From an uncultured Gammaproteobacteria bacterium (GTDB lineage: Bacteria; Pseudomonadota; Gammaproteobacteria; UBA9214): DNA of 64,000 nt. The stretch covers positions 128,001 through 192,000 of the forward strand of contig CAVYZN010000014.1 of the NCBI GenBank assembly GCA_963773065.1, read 5' to 3'. The notes under the pieces were generated by a model that saw only the letters and a list, made by a program, of their open reading frames with translations, was not told the origin of the DNA and searched no databases. The number at the start of each line of letters is the position of its first letter. The stretch's first letter is position 1. The translations under genes were made by a program, and so were the position numbers. Positions 48,671 through 60,308 of this stretch are shown here, one piece after another.

Positions 48671-49237
48671 ATGTTGAAACCGAGACTGTCATTCCGATTA
48701 CCGACCCTGGTGGGATGCTTGCTGCTGCTGTGGGCATGCCATGTCGCGGCCGCGGACGGGGTGTGGATACGGGTGGATACGCAGGATGCCACCCTGTCGG
48801 TGATGAAGGGGGAGAAGGTACAGGTCGTCTTCGCGGATGTTGCCATAGGGCGCTATGGCAAAACCTATTTCAAGAAAAGAGGTGACAACAGGACCCCGTT
48901 GGGACGCTTTACCATCGCCTGGATACCCAGGGAGTCCCAATACCATCGCTTCCTGGGACTGGATTACCCCGATCTCGAACGGGCGAACCGCGCCCTGCTC
49001 GACGGGGAAATCACCGAGCAGCAGTGGCAGGCGATCCGCCACGCCGCTCAGGCGCGGAAGCGGCCACCCCAGGACACTCCCCTCGGTGGTTTCATCGGTA
49101 TCCATGGCACGGGCGCGGGGAATCCCAAAGTACACGGGCAATACAACTGGACCAGCGGCTGCATCGCGCTGACCAATGACCAGATCGACCGCCTGGCGCG
49201 CTGGGTCCAGATAGGAACCCCGGTCGAGATTCACTAG
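48671..49237 (+). CDS. YkuD-family protein (YafK/DpaA-like motif set)
   Basis: KRGDNRTPLG, SQYHRFLGLDYP and IGIHG...WTSGCIAL. Confidence 0.85.
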   Translation: MLKPRLSFRLPTLVGCLLLLWACHVAAADGVWIRVDTQDATLSVMKGEKVQVVFADVAIGRYGKTYFKKRGDNRTPLGRFTIAWIPRESQYHRFLGLDYPDLERANRALLDGEITEQQWQAIRHAAQARKRPPQDTPLGGFIGIHGTGAGNPKVHGQYNWTSGCIALTNDQIDRLARWVQIGTPVEIH

Positions 49238-49411
49238 ACGGCTTGGGGCGGAGCGAAATTGCTGTTTTTCTTGGCAGAGTGTTCAGGTAGCATATGGCAC
49301 CGACGCTGCAAGCTGTCGCTGCCCACACCGGATAGGCTGCAGGGGTGGCAGCTTAAAGGGGAGTTGTCTGTCGTGTCAGTCAAGTCATTTCATCCTTATA
49401 AGGAGAGAGTA

Positions 49412-49690
49412 ATGAAGGAATCTGTTAAGAGTCGGTCACGTGTGTTGGCCCTTGTTGCCGTGGCGGGTGTCTATGCCGGACTCACCGGTTGTGCCACGAC
49501 TGGCGACCTGGATTCGCTGAAGTCAGAGGTAAGCCAGGTCAAGGCGGAAGCGGCTGCGGCATCCAAGGACGCCGCGGATGCCAAAGCCATGGCCCAGCAA
49601 GCCATGAGTACGGCGAATGAGGCGAAGGCTACCTCCGATGAGACGGCGACGAAGATCGACCGCATGTTCAAGAAGTCGATGTACAAGTAA
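49412..49690 (+). CDS. Lpp/OprI-family alanine-zipper lipoprotein
   Basis: AAGGAG RBS; LTGC lipobox; Ala zipper; KIDRMFKKSMYK with terminal Lys. Confidence 0.9.
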   Translation: MKESVKSRSRVLALVAVAGVYAGLTGCATTGDLDSLKSEVSQVKAEAAAASKDAADAKAMAQQAMSTANEAKATSDETATKIDRMFKKSMYK

Positions 49691-49766
49691 CAGCCGAGTG
49701 TCGCTTGCGCAGGCCCACCACCGGTGGCGCCCTGGCGGAGCGGCAATTACTGTTACGCCAGAAACG

Positions 49767-49790
49767 GCAAAGCCCCCGCGGGGGCTTTGC
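49767..49790. terminator. Bidirectional terminator
   Basis: gcaaagcccc-cgcg-ggggctttgc between convergent genes. Confidence 0.8.
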
Positions 49791-49803
49791 ATTTTCTGAT
49801 TCG

Positions 49804-50724
49804 CTACTTCGTGATCATCACGGGTATGCCGCTTTGTTCTTCAACCGCGGCCTTAATGGCGCTGCCGCTGAGCGCCACCTGGTCCTTTCCCGCACCGGCG
49901 ATGGCATCCGCGATGCTGTTGAAGGCGGCATTGATGATGTCCTGGTATTTGTCCTGGTCTTCATCCAGCGGGGGGTGCACCTCGATAAACAGGGCCCCGG
50001 CCAGCCAGCCTACCTTGATGGGCTGGTTGACCAGTTGCACCGGCGTCCCGACGGGAACCTGTCCAAACAGTGCTTCAATATCCTCCGGATACAGGCGTAT
50101 GCAGCCGTGGGTGACGCGCATGCCCACGCCAAAGGGTTTGTTGGTGCCGTGTATCAGATAGCCCGGAAATCCGAGGCGCAGGGCGTAAGCTCCCAGCGGA
50201 TTGTCCGGACCGGGCGGCACCACATCCGGCAGGATATCGCCTTCCCTGGCATGTTCTTCCTTGAGTGACTCAGTAGGATACCAGGACGGGTCCTTGTCCT
50301 TGGCAAGAACCCGGGTCTTCCCCAGGGGAGTCACCCAGTCCATGCGCCCGACGCTGACCGGATGGGTGATCACGACGCGTGGTTCGCCCCGCGCCGGCTT
50401 GGGAAAATAGTACAGGCGCATTTCCGGCAGGTTGAGCACCAGGCCGGTACGCTCCGCCCTGGGCAGGATGTAGCGATTGGGGAGCGTGACCAGCGCCCCG
50501 TCTTCGGGCAGCCAGCGATCCACCTCCGGGTTGGCCAGCAGGATTTCGTTCTGGCCGAGGTCATACCGCCGGGCGATATCCAGCAGCGTCTCCTCCCGGC
50601 TGGCATGGGTAAACTGGATCTGTCCTACCACGTCGACATCCGCCGGGGGGAGCAGGAAGGTTTCAGCCGCTAGGTTAGCGGCAAGGGGTAAGGTGCCTAT
50701 CAATGCCAGGAAATAGCGCCGCAT
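49804..50724 (-). CDS. L,D-transpeptidase (ErfK/YcfS/YnhG type, LysM-like N-domain)
   Basis: ETLLDIAR, NLPEMRLYYF, GPDNPLG and IHGTN...VTHGCIRL. Confidence 0.93.
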   Translation of the reverse strand: MRRYFLALIGTLPLAANLAAETFLLPPADVDVVGQIQFTHASREETLLDIARRYDLGQNEILLANPEVDRWLPEDGALVTLPNRYILPRAERTGLVLNLPEMRLYYFPKPARGEPRVVITHPVSVGRMDWVTPLGKTRVLAKDKDPSWYPTESLKEEHAREGDILPDVVPPGPDNPLGAYALRLGFPGYLIHGTNKPFGVGMRVTHGCIRLYPEDIEALFGQVPVGTPVQLVNQPIKVGWLAGALFIEVHPPLDEDQDKYQDIINAAFNSIADAIAGAGKDQVALSGSAIKAAVEEQSGIPVMITK

Positions 50725-51014
50725 GATGAATGGTGTTTGACTGGATTGGATGTATGCCCGGATGCGGGGTGAGATACGATTGTTCAGGATGGCTGTAATC
50801 AAGGCATTAGCAGTCTATAGCAGATGCAACCCGGCAAGCAATTTAAAGACATCTCGGAACATTCCTGCTGATCATGGATGCCGTGGCGGGCCCGCGGCCG
50901 GTATCTGGTTGGTATCTATCGGCAAGGCGCGCGATTACCGTGGCGCTCAGGATGATGTAGCGTCGGGTTCCCCGGCTTCCTTTAGCGCGGGTGTAAACGG
51001 CATGCACGGCGGAA

Positions 51015-51372
51015 TCATTTCTTCTCCTTGCCGCCCAGTGACGTCAGACTGACTACCAGGATGACGATCACCAGCACCGGCCAGAAATAGGGGGCGGCCA
51101 CGGCGATTCCGGCCGTACCCAGCAGCACGATGCCGATCAACAGGAGGGTGCCCACACCTAGAACGACCAGACTGGCCAGAATGCCGGTTACCAGCAGAAT
51201 GGCAAGAAAAATGGGAACGGCGGCGATGCGCGCCACCGGGTCTGCCACCGGTTCGCCGTTTATCGTCACATTGAGATAGCCCGACCCCGGGATGGAAAAC
51301 ATACGCCAGCAGCGCGAGCAGCAAGCCAAGCAAGACGATTTTCAGAATCAGGCTGGATTTCCTGCTTTCCAT
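51015..51372 (-). CDS. Small membrane protein (one indel)
   Basis: Two overlapping frames join into one multi-TM protein. Confidence 0.65.
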
Positions 51373-51374
51373 GG

Positions 51375-52011
51375 CTAGCCCGCCTTGCGGTTAGTGTTCC
51401 TGTGGAAGAGGTAGATGCCCAACAACAGTATCAGCAACAGCGTCGCCGCCCAACTGTAGGGCGTGAGCTGCCTGAAACCCATCGCAATCGCGTGAAAGTT
51501 CTTGTCCAGCAGGTAGGCGCCCAGACCCCACACCCCGACCCACAGCGCCGCGCCCAGGCTGGTCATCAACAGGAACAGGGCCGGCGGCATGTGCAGAATG
51601 CCGACGAGGAAATTGCTCAACTGGCGCACGCCGTCGATGAAGCGCGCCACCAGCACCAGCTTGCGGCCATGACGCGCGCACAGTCGATTCCATGCGTTCG
51701 AAATGGGCCGGGTTGATGGGCAGGCGGCCCAGCAGATTGCGACCGCCCAGCCTGCCCAGGTAGTAGCCGATGAGATTGCCAGCGACCGTGGCGAACCAGG
51801 CCGACGCCAGCAGCAGGGTGATATCGAATTTGCCGCGCGCCGCCAGCACGGCGCCGACGATCAGCAGCGTCTGCCCGGGCGCGGGAATGCCGAATCCTTC
51901 CACGGCAACGGCCGCCATGATGACGAGGAGGCCATAGTTCAGCAGCAGCGGTTCAAACCTGTCCACCTCCGCCAGAAAGTGCTGCGTGATTTCCGAGATC
52001 TCTCCAGTCAT
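51375..52011 (-). CDS. DedA family protein (one indel)
   Basis: EGFGIPAPGQTLL, GNLIGYYLGR and ARFIDGVRQ. Confidence 0.88.
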
Positions 52012-52173
52012 CGTGAATGCCTGCCGGGGCGGGTGAATCCGTCGGCGGGTGAAGGTTCAAAATGGTAATGCACCGGCGCCACTGGGACAATGTATCCGAT
52101 ACCGCGAACCAATCCGGCTGAAATGTTGTCACACTCTAGCCCCAAAACCCCAGTGAAATCGACGAGGTAGGAA

Positions 52174-53191
52174 ATGGAAAAATCAACCGTAACAGCACTA
52201 CCGTATGAGAGCTGTCCGGGCAGCACGGCCCAGGCGGCGTTCGAACGCCTGAGAAGCGAGCTGGAGGACCGGATCATCGGTCAGCCGCAACTCATCGAAC
52301 ACCTGCTCATCGCCCTGCTGGCCGATGGCCACCTGCTGGTGGAAGGAGCGCCGGGCCTGGCGAAGACCACCGCCATCAAGGAACTGGCGAGCCGCATCCA
52401 GGGCGATTTTCACCGCCTGCAGTTCACGCCGGATTTGCTGCCCGGCGACCTGACCGGCACCGAGGTGTATCGCCCGCAGACCGGCGAGTTCATCTTCCAG
52501 CGCGGTCCGATCTTCCATAACCTGGTGCTCGCCGACGAGATCAACCGGGCGCCGGCCAAGGTGCAATCCGCGCTGCTCGAGGCGATGGGCGAACGCCAGA
52601 TCACGGTCGGGCAGGTGACCTACCGCCTGCCGGGCCTGTTCCTGGTCATGGCGACCCAGAATCCGATCGAACACGAAGGCACCTACCCCTTGCCCGAGGC
52701 GCAACTCGACCGCTTCCTGATGTATGTGCGGGTGGGTTATCCGGGCGCCGGCACGGAGAAGCGGATACTCGAACTCGCGCGCCGGCAGGCCGTTCGCGGC
52801 CCGGCACGAGAACGAGCGCCCCGATGTCCTGCTGACTCAGGAGCAGGTATTCACCGCGCAACGCGAAGTGCTGGAGCTGCACATGGCGCCGGCCGTCGAG
52901 GAATACCTGGTGCAGTTGACGCTCGCCTCGCGCGATCCCGCGCCCTATGGCGATGACCTCAGGCGCTGGGTGAACTACGGCGCGAGTCCGCGCGGCACCA
53001 TCGCGCTCGACCGCTGCGCGCGCGCCCACGCCTGGCTCAGGCGCCGGGAGTACGTCTCGCCCGAGGACATCCAGGCCATGGCCTTCGATACCCTGCGCCA
53101 CCGCATCCTGCTGTCCTTCGAGGCCGAAGCCGAAGGCATCACCTCCGATGTCTTCATCCGCGAACTGCTGCAGCGCGTGCCGGTGACCTGA
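52174..53191 (+). CDS. MoxR family AAA+ ATPase (one indel)
   Basis: GAPGLAKT, QFTPDLLP, DEINRAPAKVQSALLE, ATQNPIE and GASPRG. Confidence 0.93.
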
Positions 53192-53193
53192 AC

Positions 53194-54209
53194 ATGAAGC
53201 CACTGCGCACGCTGTTTCGCCGGCGCGGCGGCGGCATTGAAGCGCCGGCGGCGAGCGGGGCCCCGGACGCGGGGGTGCGCGTCACCGCCGGGGAACTAAT
53301 CCGGCTGCGGCTCGCCGTGCGTGACCTGCGACTGGGCAGCCGCCGGCCGGCACTCTGGCATCAGCGCCGGCGCGCATGCCTCGCGCTTTCGCGGCCGCGG
53401 CATGGATTACCTCGAATCGCGCGGTTACCAGGCGGGCGACGATATCCGCAACATGGACTGGCGCGTGACGGCGCGCGCCGGCGAGCCCCACGTCAAGCTG
53501 TACACGGAAGAGCGCGAACGTCCCGTGGTGGTCATGGTCGATCTTAACCCCGGCATGTTTTTCGGCACGCGCGGCGCCTTCAAGTCGGTCGTCGCCGCGC
53601 GCGCCGCCGCGCTGATCGGCTGGGCGGCCGTGCGCCATCATGACCGTATCGGCGCGCTGCTGTTCAATGGACGGCACCAGGAGCTGCGTCCCCTCGGCGG
53701 CCAGCGCGGTGTGCTGCGCCTGATCCGCGCGCTGGTCGGCGCGACGGACCCCGTGCGGGGGATGCGCCAGCCGGACCATCCGGGCCTCCTGACCGAGGCG
53801 TTGCGGCGGCTGCGGCGCGTGGCGCGTCCGGGCAGCCTGGTCTTCATCCTGAGTGATTTCTATGGGATCGACGCCGACACGCGCGTACTCCTGCAGCGGC
53901 TGCGCCAGCACAGCGACGTCGTGGCCTGCCAGGTCCATGATGCACTGGAGCTACACTCCCCGCCGCCCGGACGCTATGGCATCAGCGACGGCAGCCGCAC
54001 CGCCGTTCTGGATACCCATGCAAGCGCGCAACGGGACGCCTATGAGCGTTATTTCGCGCGGCACCATCAGGCCGTCGATGAACTGCTGCGCGCCTGCGCG
54101 GTGCCCCTGATCCGGCTCGCGACCACCGACGACGTGGTCGAGCGGCTGCGCGGCAGCCTTGTCGATGGCGGCACGCCCGGGAGCAGGCGCCGTCGGGGTG
54201 GCGGCATGA
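53194..54209 (+). CDS. DUF58 protein (indels; 3' end approximate)
   Basis: GRGMDY.ESRGYQAGDDIRNMDW, EERER and ILSDF. Confidence 0.88.
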
Positions 54210-54698
54210 ACCCGACGGGCGCACCGGTTCTCGATCTGCGCGACGTGCACGCGCCGCCGCTTCCCCGATTTCTGGCCACCCGCCCCGGGCTGGTGGATCG
54301 CGGCCGCGCTCCTCGCCGGTCTGCTGGTCACTGTCTCGGTGCACCTTTACCGGCGCTATAAATTGCGCCGGCAACGCCGGCAGGTGCTCTCTACCCTCGA
54401 TGCGCTGGTCGCAGGCTACTCCATGGAGGCGGCCGTCGGTTTCGTCACCGAGGTGTCGATGCTGCTGCGCCGCGTCGCCCTGCGGCGCTTCCCGCGCGGG
54501 CAGGTTGCCGCGCTGTTCGGCGCCGACTGGTGCCGGTTCCTCGACGAGACCGGAGGCGATGGCGGCTTCAGCCGCGGGGCGGGGCAGGTGCTGGCCACCG
54601 GTCCCTATGCCGCCCGGGTCGAGGTCGACCCCGAGGGGCTGACGCTGCTGGCGCGCGCCTGGATCAGAAAGAATTTCGGAGCGCCGCATGAATCTTGA
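54206..54698 (+). CDS. DUF4381 protein (one indel)
   Basis: LRDVHAP..WPPAPGWW, LLRRVAL and GADWCRFLD. Confidence 0.82.
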
Positions 54699-55704
54699 CT
54701 TCGCCTGGCCCTGGCTGTTCGCCGTCCTGCCGCTGCCCCTGCTGGTCGCGTGGCTCATGCCGCGGGCCCCCGAGGCGCCGGGCACGGCGCTGCGGGTTCC
54801 GTTCTACGCCGCCCTGAGCGGTGTCGCGGCGGGCAGGCGATCGGCTGCTGCATCCCGCCCGCGCCTGCTGCTGGCGGCGCTGGCCTGGGTGCTGCTGGTT
54901 TTCGCCGCGGCGCGGCCGCAGTTCGTCGGCAACCCGGTACGCCTGCCGGTAACGGGACGCGACCTGCTGCTCGCGGTCGATATCTCGGGCAGCATGGAGA
55001 CCGAGGACATGCAACTGGGACGGCAGGTGACGGATCGGCTGACGGCGGTCAAGGCCGTCGCCGGTGATTTTATCGAGCAGCGCAAAGGCGATCGCCTGGG
55101 CCTGATCCTGTTCGGCGATCAGGCCTATGTGCAGACGCCGCTCACCTTCGACCGGAAAACGGTGCGCACCTTGCTCAACGAGTCGGCCATCGGTCTGGCC
55201 GGCAAGAGCACGGCGATCGGCGATGCCATCGGCCTGGCCGTGAAGCGCCTGCGCGAGCGGCCCGCGGAGAACCGCGTGCTGATCCTGCTCACCGACGGCG
55301 CTAACACCTCCGGCAGCGTGGAACCCCTGAAGGCGGCCGATCTGGCGGCGCGCGAGGGCGTGCGCATCTACACCATCGGCGTGGGCGCGGATGAAATGCT
55401 GGTGCAAGGGTTTTTCGGGACGCAGCGGGTGCCCTCGACCGAACTCGACGAGGCCGCCCTGACCGCGATTGCACAAAAAACGGGGGGACAGTATTTCCGC
55501 GCCCGCGACATCGGCAGTCTGCAAAAGATCTACGCCCTGCTCGACCAACTCGAACCGGTGAGCAAGGACGAAGAGACCTTTCGCCCGGTCCATGAGCTTT
55601 ATCCGTGGCCGCTCTCGGGCGCGCTGCTCATTACGGCGCTGCTGGCGCTGGGCGTCGCCGGTCTGCATCGCCGCGCCGTGAGCATCGAGGTGCGTCATGC
55701 CTGA
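54688..55704 (+). CDS. VWA protein (BatA-like)
   Basis: DISGSM MIDAS, TAIGDAIG and LLTDG. Confidence 0.9.
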   Translation: MNLDFAWPWLFAVLPLPLLVAWLMPRAPEAPGTALRVPFYAALSGVAAGRRSAAASRPRLLLAALAWVLLVFAAARPQFVGNPVRLPVTGRDLLLAVDISGSMETEDMQLGRQVTDRLTAVKAVAGDFIEQRKGDRLGLILFGDQAYVQTPLTFDRKTVRTLLNESAIGLAGKSTAIGDAIGLAVKRLRERPAENRVLILLTDGANTSGSVEPLKAADLAAREGVRIYTIGVGADEMLVQGFFGTQRVPSTELDEAALTAIAQKTGGQYFRARDIGSLQKIYALLDQLEPVSKDEETFRPVHELYPWPLSGALLITALLALGVAGLHRRAVSIEVRHA

Positions 55705-57812
55705 AACGTTTCATTTCCTGCGCCCTGAGTGGTTCCTGACCCTGCTGCCCCTGGCGTTGCTGCTCTGGCGGGTGCGCAAACCCGGCTCGATCGACAGCGC
55801 CTGGCGCCGGGTCTGCGATGCCAATCTGCTGCCCTACCTGTTGATCAGCCCGCACCAGGCCAACGCCCGCCTGCCGGTGTGGCTGCTCGCGGCGGGGTGG
55901 CTGATCGCGGTCATGGCGCTCGCCGACCCGGTATGGGAGAAGCAGCCGCAGCCGGTGTTTCGCACCGAGGAGGCGCGTGTCGTGGTGTTGGACCTGTCGC
56001 GCTCCATGGCAACGCCCGACCTCAAGCCATCGCGCCTGGAACGCGCCCGCTACAAGGTCGAGGACGTGCTCAGGCGCAGCCGGGAGGGACAGGTCGGCCT
56101 GGTGGCCTTCGCCGGCGATGCCTTCGTGGTCGCGCCCCTGACCCATGATGCCGGCACCATCGCGGAACTGCTCAAGGCGCTCGAACCCGGCCTCATGCCG
56201 GTGCAGGGCAGCCGCGCCGACCTGGGACTGCGCAAGGCCGGAGAACTGCTGGCGCAGGCGGGCGCCGGTCGCGGCGAGATTCTGCTGATCGGCGACGGTT
56301 ACGAGGGCAGGCAGGCGCTCGAGGCGGCCGGGGACCTCAAGCGCCAGGGCTACACCGTGTCGGTGCTGGGCGTGGGGACGGAGGAGGGCGCGCCCCTGTC
56401 GAACGGCTCGGGCGGCTACGTGCGCGATGACGCCGGCGCTATCGTGGTGCCGAGGCTCGATACGCCGGCCCTGCGCGCGCTGGCCGACGCCGGCGGCGGG
56501 CGTTACGCCACCATCACCGGCAACGACGCGGATCTCGACGGGCTGCTGACACCGCTGGTTCCGCGGCTCGATACCAAAGTGGAGCAGACCGGACTGAAGA
56601 CCGATGCCTGGCGCTCCCGCGGCCCCTGGCTCGCGGTGCTGCTGCTGCCGCTCGCCGCCCTGGCGTTTCGCCGCGGCTGGCTGCTGGTCGTGGTCCTGCT
56701 GGTCGCGGCAACCGTCACGGCGCCGGACCCGGCCAAGGCTTCGACCTGGGATGATCTGTGGACGCGGCGCGACCAGCAGGCCGCGCAGGCCCTCGCGGCG
56801 GGGGAGAATGCGCGGGCGGCGGAACTGGCGGCGGACCCGCGGCAACGGGGTACGGCGCAGTACCGCGCCGGCCGGTATGAGGAGGCGCTGGCGGCCTTCG
56901 CCGGGGCGGGCGGTCCGGATGCCGCCTACAATCAGGGCAATGCTCTCGCGCGGCTCGGCCGCTACCAGGAGGCCATCGCCGCCTACGACCAGGCGCTGGC
57001 GGCGCAGCCGCACATGGAGGATGCGCAGCACAACAAGGCGGTGGTCGAGGCGCTGCTGCGACAGCAGGAGAAACAGGAGCAGGAGAGGCAACAGCAGGAT
57101 AAACAGCAGGACAGCAGCAGCAACAGGACAAACAGCAAGGGCAGCAACAACAGGACCAGCAGCAGGGACAACAATCCGGGCAGAGTCCGTCGGCGTCGGC
57201 GCAACCGGACGGTGGCCGTGGTGATGCTTCGACCGAGAAGGGCGCGGAGGGCAAGCCGCGGGAAACCGGCCAGGGGCAGGATGAATCCGCCGCGCCGTCT
57301 GCGAACGGCGGTGACGCACAGGCGGACAAGGCGCCGAAGCCATCAACCGATTCCGCCCATGACGCTCAACGGAACGCCCAGACCAATGCCGATGCCGCGG
57401 CAGCAAACGCAGCGCAACAGAACGGGCAGGATGGAGCCGGGTCAAGGCCACGGGATGAGGATAAAACATCCGCATCCGGCGCCGGGCAATCGTTGGCGCA
57501 GAAGGCGGATGAAAACCCGGATACCGACCCGAAGCGCAGGCGGCATCCGCCGCGCAGGACCGCCCGGAACCACCGGACGCGGCACGTCAACAAGCCGCTC
57601 AAGGGCAGGCCGGGGAGGGAACGGCGGAAAACCCCGAATCCCCGGGTGTACAGGCCGCGGCCGACCCGCAGACCACCGAGGAGCAACAGGCCACGGAGCA
57701 GTGGTTGCGGCGCATCCCCGACGATCCGGGCGGGTTGCTGCGGCGCAAATTTCTCTACCAGTACCGGCAGCGTGCGGCGAATGCCGGCAGCGGCGGCAGC
57801 CAGGATTGGTGA
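55697..57812 (+). CDS. VWA + TPR protein (BatB/BatC fusion-like; indels in the Q-rich linker)
   Basis: DLSRSM; TPR YNQGNALA; C-terminal EQWLRRIPDDPGGLLRRKF in another frame, ending at 57812. Confidence 0.88.
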
Positions 57813-57904
57813 ATCTGCTAAATTTATGGTGAACCGCCAGGAACGCCAGGCACTGCCGGACGATTGAGGATGTGATTAAAATGGCACTTAACTTAAGCCG
57901 GAAT

Positions 57905-58043
57905 GTGGGTGGTTAGCGTTTTTTGCGTAACCCACCCAACCGTTGCGTAGCAACACAACGGTTAGCGGGTGCCTGGCGACGCATCCGGTAGGTTACGGCG
58001 CAAACAACGTGCCTAACTCACCCTACATCGATTATGGAACCGC
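57905..58043. repeat. REP/REPIN-like doublet inside the Bat operon
   Basis: ggtggttagcg..gcgtaacccacc (57905-57937) facing ggtaggttacggc...gcctaactcaccctac (57986-58026); homologous to 32010-32084. Confidence 0.7.
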
Positions 58044-58097
58044 TGGAGTAAGCCTATGTTCAGGATACACACCTTGGGCGATCGCGGCAGATCGGTA

Positions 58098-59942
58098 ATG
58101 GCAGGACCGCGGCTCGTTTTGTCGCTGTTGCTGGCGTTGTTGACGACCAATCTGTGGGCGGACGTGCGCGCAACCCTGGATCGCGCCACGATCACCGCGG
58201 GGGACACCGTCACATTGACCATCGAGGCCGAGGGGCAACAATCCCAGGGCAGTCGTCCGGATCTGTCTCCCCTGGAAAAGGATTTCACCGTCCTCGGCAC
58301 CAGCACCAGCCAGCAGATGCAGGTCATCAATGGCCGGATGTCGAGCAGCGCCCAGTTGCACGTCGAACTGGAGCCGAAGCATGCCGGCCGCATCGAGATA
58401 CCGGCGCTGCGGGTGGGCGGGGAAACGACCCGTCCCCTGACCCTGACGATCGCCGATCAGCCGGCGGCCGTGGGCAGCCAGCCCGGGAGTCCGCTGTATC
58501 TGGAGACCGAGGTGCAGCCGCGCGATGCCCCGACTTTCGTGCAGCAGCAGATTCAGTACACCGCGCGGCTTTATTACAGCCTGCCGCTCATCGACGGGTC
58601 GCTCGGCGACCCCGAGCCGGAGCACGCGGTGGTGGAACGCCTCGGCGAGGGCAGGCGTTATCAAACCACGGTGAACGGACAACGCTACCAGGTCATCGAG
58701 CGCAACTACGCGATCTTCCCGGAGCAGAGCGGCTCGTGCACCATCCCGCCGGTCACCTTCACGGGACGCGTGGCGACGGGAGCCGCGCCGCGCAGTCCGT
58801 TCGGGCGCATGGATGCCATGATGGAGCAGTTCCTCGGACGCGATCCCTTCGGGAATGGTGGCTTTTTCGGCAATTCGTTCGGCGATCCCGGCAAACGCGT
58901 GCACGCGATCAGCGACTCGGTCACCGTGGAAGTGAAGCCGCGGCCGGCGGCGTATTCCGGCGCGAACTGGCTGCCGGCCGAGGATCTGGTGCTGCATGAC
59001 AGTTGGGCCGAACAGCCGCCGGAGTTCCGGGCCGGTGAACCCGTGACCCGCACCATCGGCATCGACGCCAAGGGTCTGGCTGCCTCCCAACTGCCCGGGA
59101 TACCGATGGCCGGGATCGCAAACGTGCGGGTGTATCCCGAACAGCCGGTGCGGGAGAGCCGCAGCGATGGCGCCGTGGTCTATGGCCACAGCGAGCAGTC
59201 GTTTGCGTTTGTCCCGACGCAAACGGGCAGGATCACCCTGCCGGAGATTCGCCTGAGCTGGTGGGATGTCGATGCGGGCAAGGAGCGGGTCGCCGAACTG
59301 CCGCCCTGGAACGTGGAAGTCCTGCCTGGCGCGGACGGTGTTCAGGATACACCCCCTGTCCAGACCCCCGCGCCTGTGGCCAAACCGCTGGTGCAGCCGG
59401 TGACCGTTCAGCCGGTGGGGCATCATAATACCCCGGCGGCGGATCGGAGCGCCGGCCTCGGGCCTGTGTGGCCCTGGCTGACGGGCGCGTGCGGACTGCT
59501 AGTGTTGGCTTCGTTATACTTATGGCGTCGCTCCAAACGCAACCCGCCGCTCGCCGCCGCCCCCGTGGCCGTGAAACCGGCCGCAGCGGCTCCCGCTCCT
59601 GCGCCGGATCCTGCTGCGGCAAAACTCGCCTTGCAGCAGGCCTGTGATGGCAACGATGCACGCGCCGCCGCCCGGGCCTTGCTGGAGTGGGCCGCAGCCG
59701 AGTGGCCGGACAATCCACCGCGCAATCTGGGCGCGATCGCCTCCCGCCTAAAGAGCGGTGCGACCGAAATCCGCAGACTCGATCAGTCACTCTACGCACC
59801 CGGTGGCGCCGTCTGGGATGGCGCGGCGCTGGGGCAAACCTTCAGACAGGGTGTCGAGAAGAAGGCGGCGGAGCCGTCATCCGCGACCGGCGGATTGGCG
59901 CCGCTCTACCCGGAGTGGAACAGGCGGAGCAGGAGCGGCTGA
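58098..59942 (+). CDS. BatD-like protein
   Basis: Signal peptide, Ig-like repeats, WLPAEDL, GEPVTRTI, WWDV, a TM helix and LAPLYP. Confidence 0.85.
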   Translation: MAGPRLVLSLLLALLTTNLWADVRATLDRATITAGDTVTLTIEAEGQQSQGSRPDLSPLEKDFTVLGTSTSQQMQVINGRMSSSAQLHVELEPKHAGRIEIPALRVGGETTRPLTLTIADQPAAVGSQPGSPLYLETEVQPRDAPTFVQQQIQYTARLYYSLPLIDGSLGDPEPEHAVVERLGEGRRYQTTVNGQRYQVIERNYAIFPEQSGSCTIPPVTFTGRVATGAAPRSPFGRMDAMMEQFLGRDPFGNGGFFGNSFGDPGKRVHAISDSVTVEVKPRPAAYSGANWLPAEDLVLHDSWAEQPPEFRAGEPVTRTIGIDAKGLAASQLPGIPMAGIANVRVYPEQPVRESRSDGAVVYGHSEQSFAFVPTQTGRITLPEIRLSWWDVDAGKERVAELPPWNVEVLPGADGVQDTPPVQTPAPVAKPLVQPVTVQPVGHHNTPAADRSAGLGPVWPWLTGACGLLVLASLYLWRRSKRNPPLAAAPVAVKPAAAAPAPAPDPAAAKLALQQACDGNDARAAARALLEWAAAEWPDNPPRNLGAIASRLKSGATEIRRLDQSLYAPGGAVWDGAALGQTFRQGVEKKAAEPSSATGGLAPLYPEWNRRSRSG

Positions 59943-59954
59943 TGCGATGTACTG

Positions 59955-60308
59955 CTATTCCTTCTCCAGTTCGATGACGCAGTCCGGCTTCAGATCGAAG
60001 ACATAGAACCCGCCGGCATCGATATCGACGACGGTGCTGCAGCGTTTGCCCCCGCGCAGGTAGCCGAACAGGTATTCGCCCGGGTCCATGACAAAGGTGA
60101 AGTCGTTCGTGTCTCCGAAACGGTAGATCGGTTCATCATTGATGGTGAACGTCAGGTCATGCAGCAAGCCGTCGGCCACATCCTTGTGTATCCTGATGTT
60201 CGCCGAGGCGGACTGCGTGTTGGGAATCGGCGGCTGATTGATGATGCCGCTGGACGCGCAGCCGCTGAGAAGTACAAGGATGAGATAATGAACAAGCCGG
60301 TTTGTCAT
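59955..60308 (-). CDS. Hypothetical lipoprotein
   Basis: LLSGC lipobox. Confidence 0.7.
   Translation of the reverse strand: MTNRLVHYLILVLLSGCASSGIINQPPIPNTQSASANIRIHKDVADGLLHDLTFTINDEPIYRFGDTNDFTFVMDPGEYLFGYLRGGKRCSTVVDIDAGGFYVFDLKPDCVIELEKE

Noticed and set aside
49295-49310. Sigma-54-like TGGCAC-N-CTGCA upstream of the Lpp/OprI gene
   Set aside because: Spacing is correct but the -12 element is imperfect and there is no supporting evidence; too weak to call.
57055-57180. cag/caa/gga-rich short repeats as a CRISPR array or Csr sRNA
   Set aside because: They encode the Gln-rich low-complexity linker of the Bat TPR protein; there is no repeat-spacer periodicity and no cas genes.
52174-59942. 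MoxR-DUF58-VWA-TPR-BatD cluster as a novel system
   Set aside because: A well-known conserved operon in standard order.
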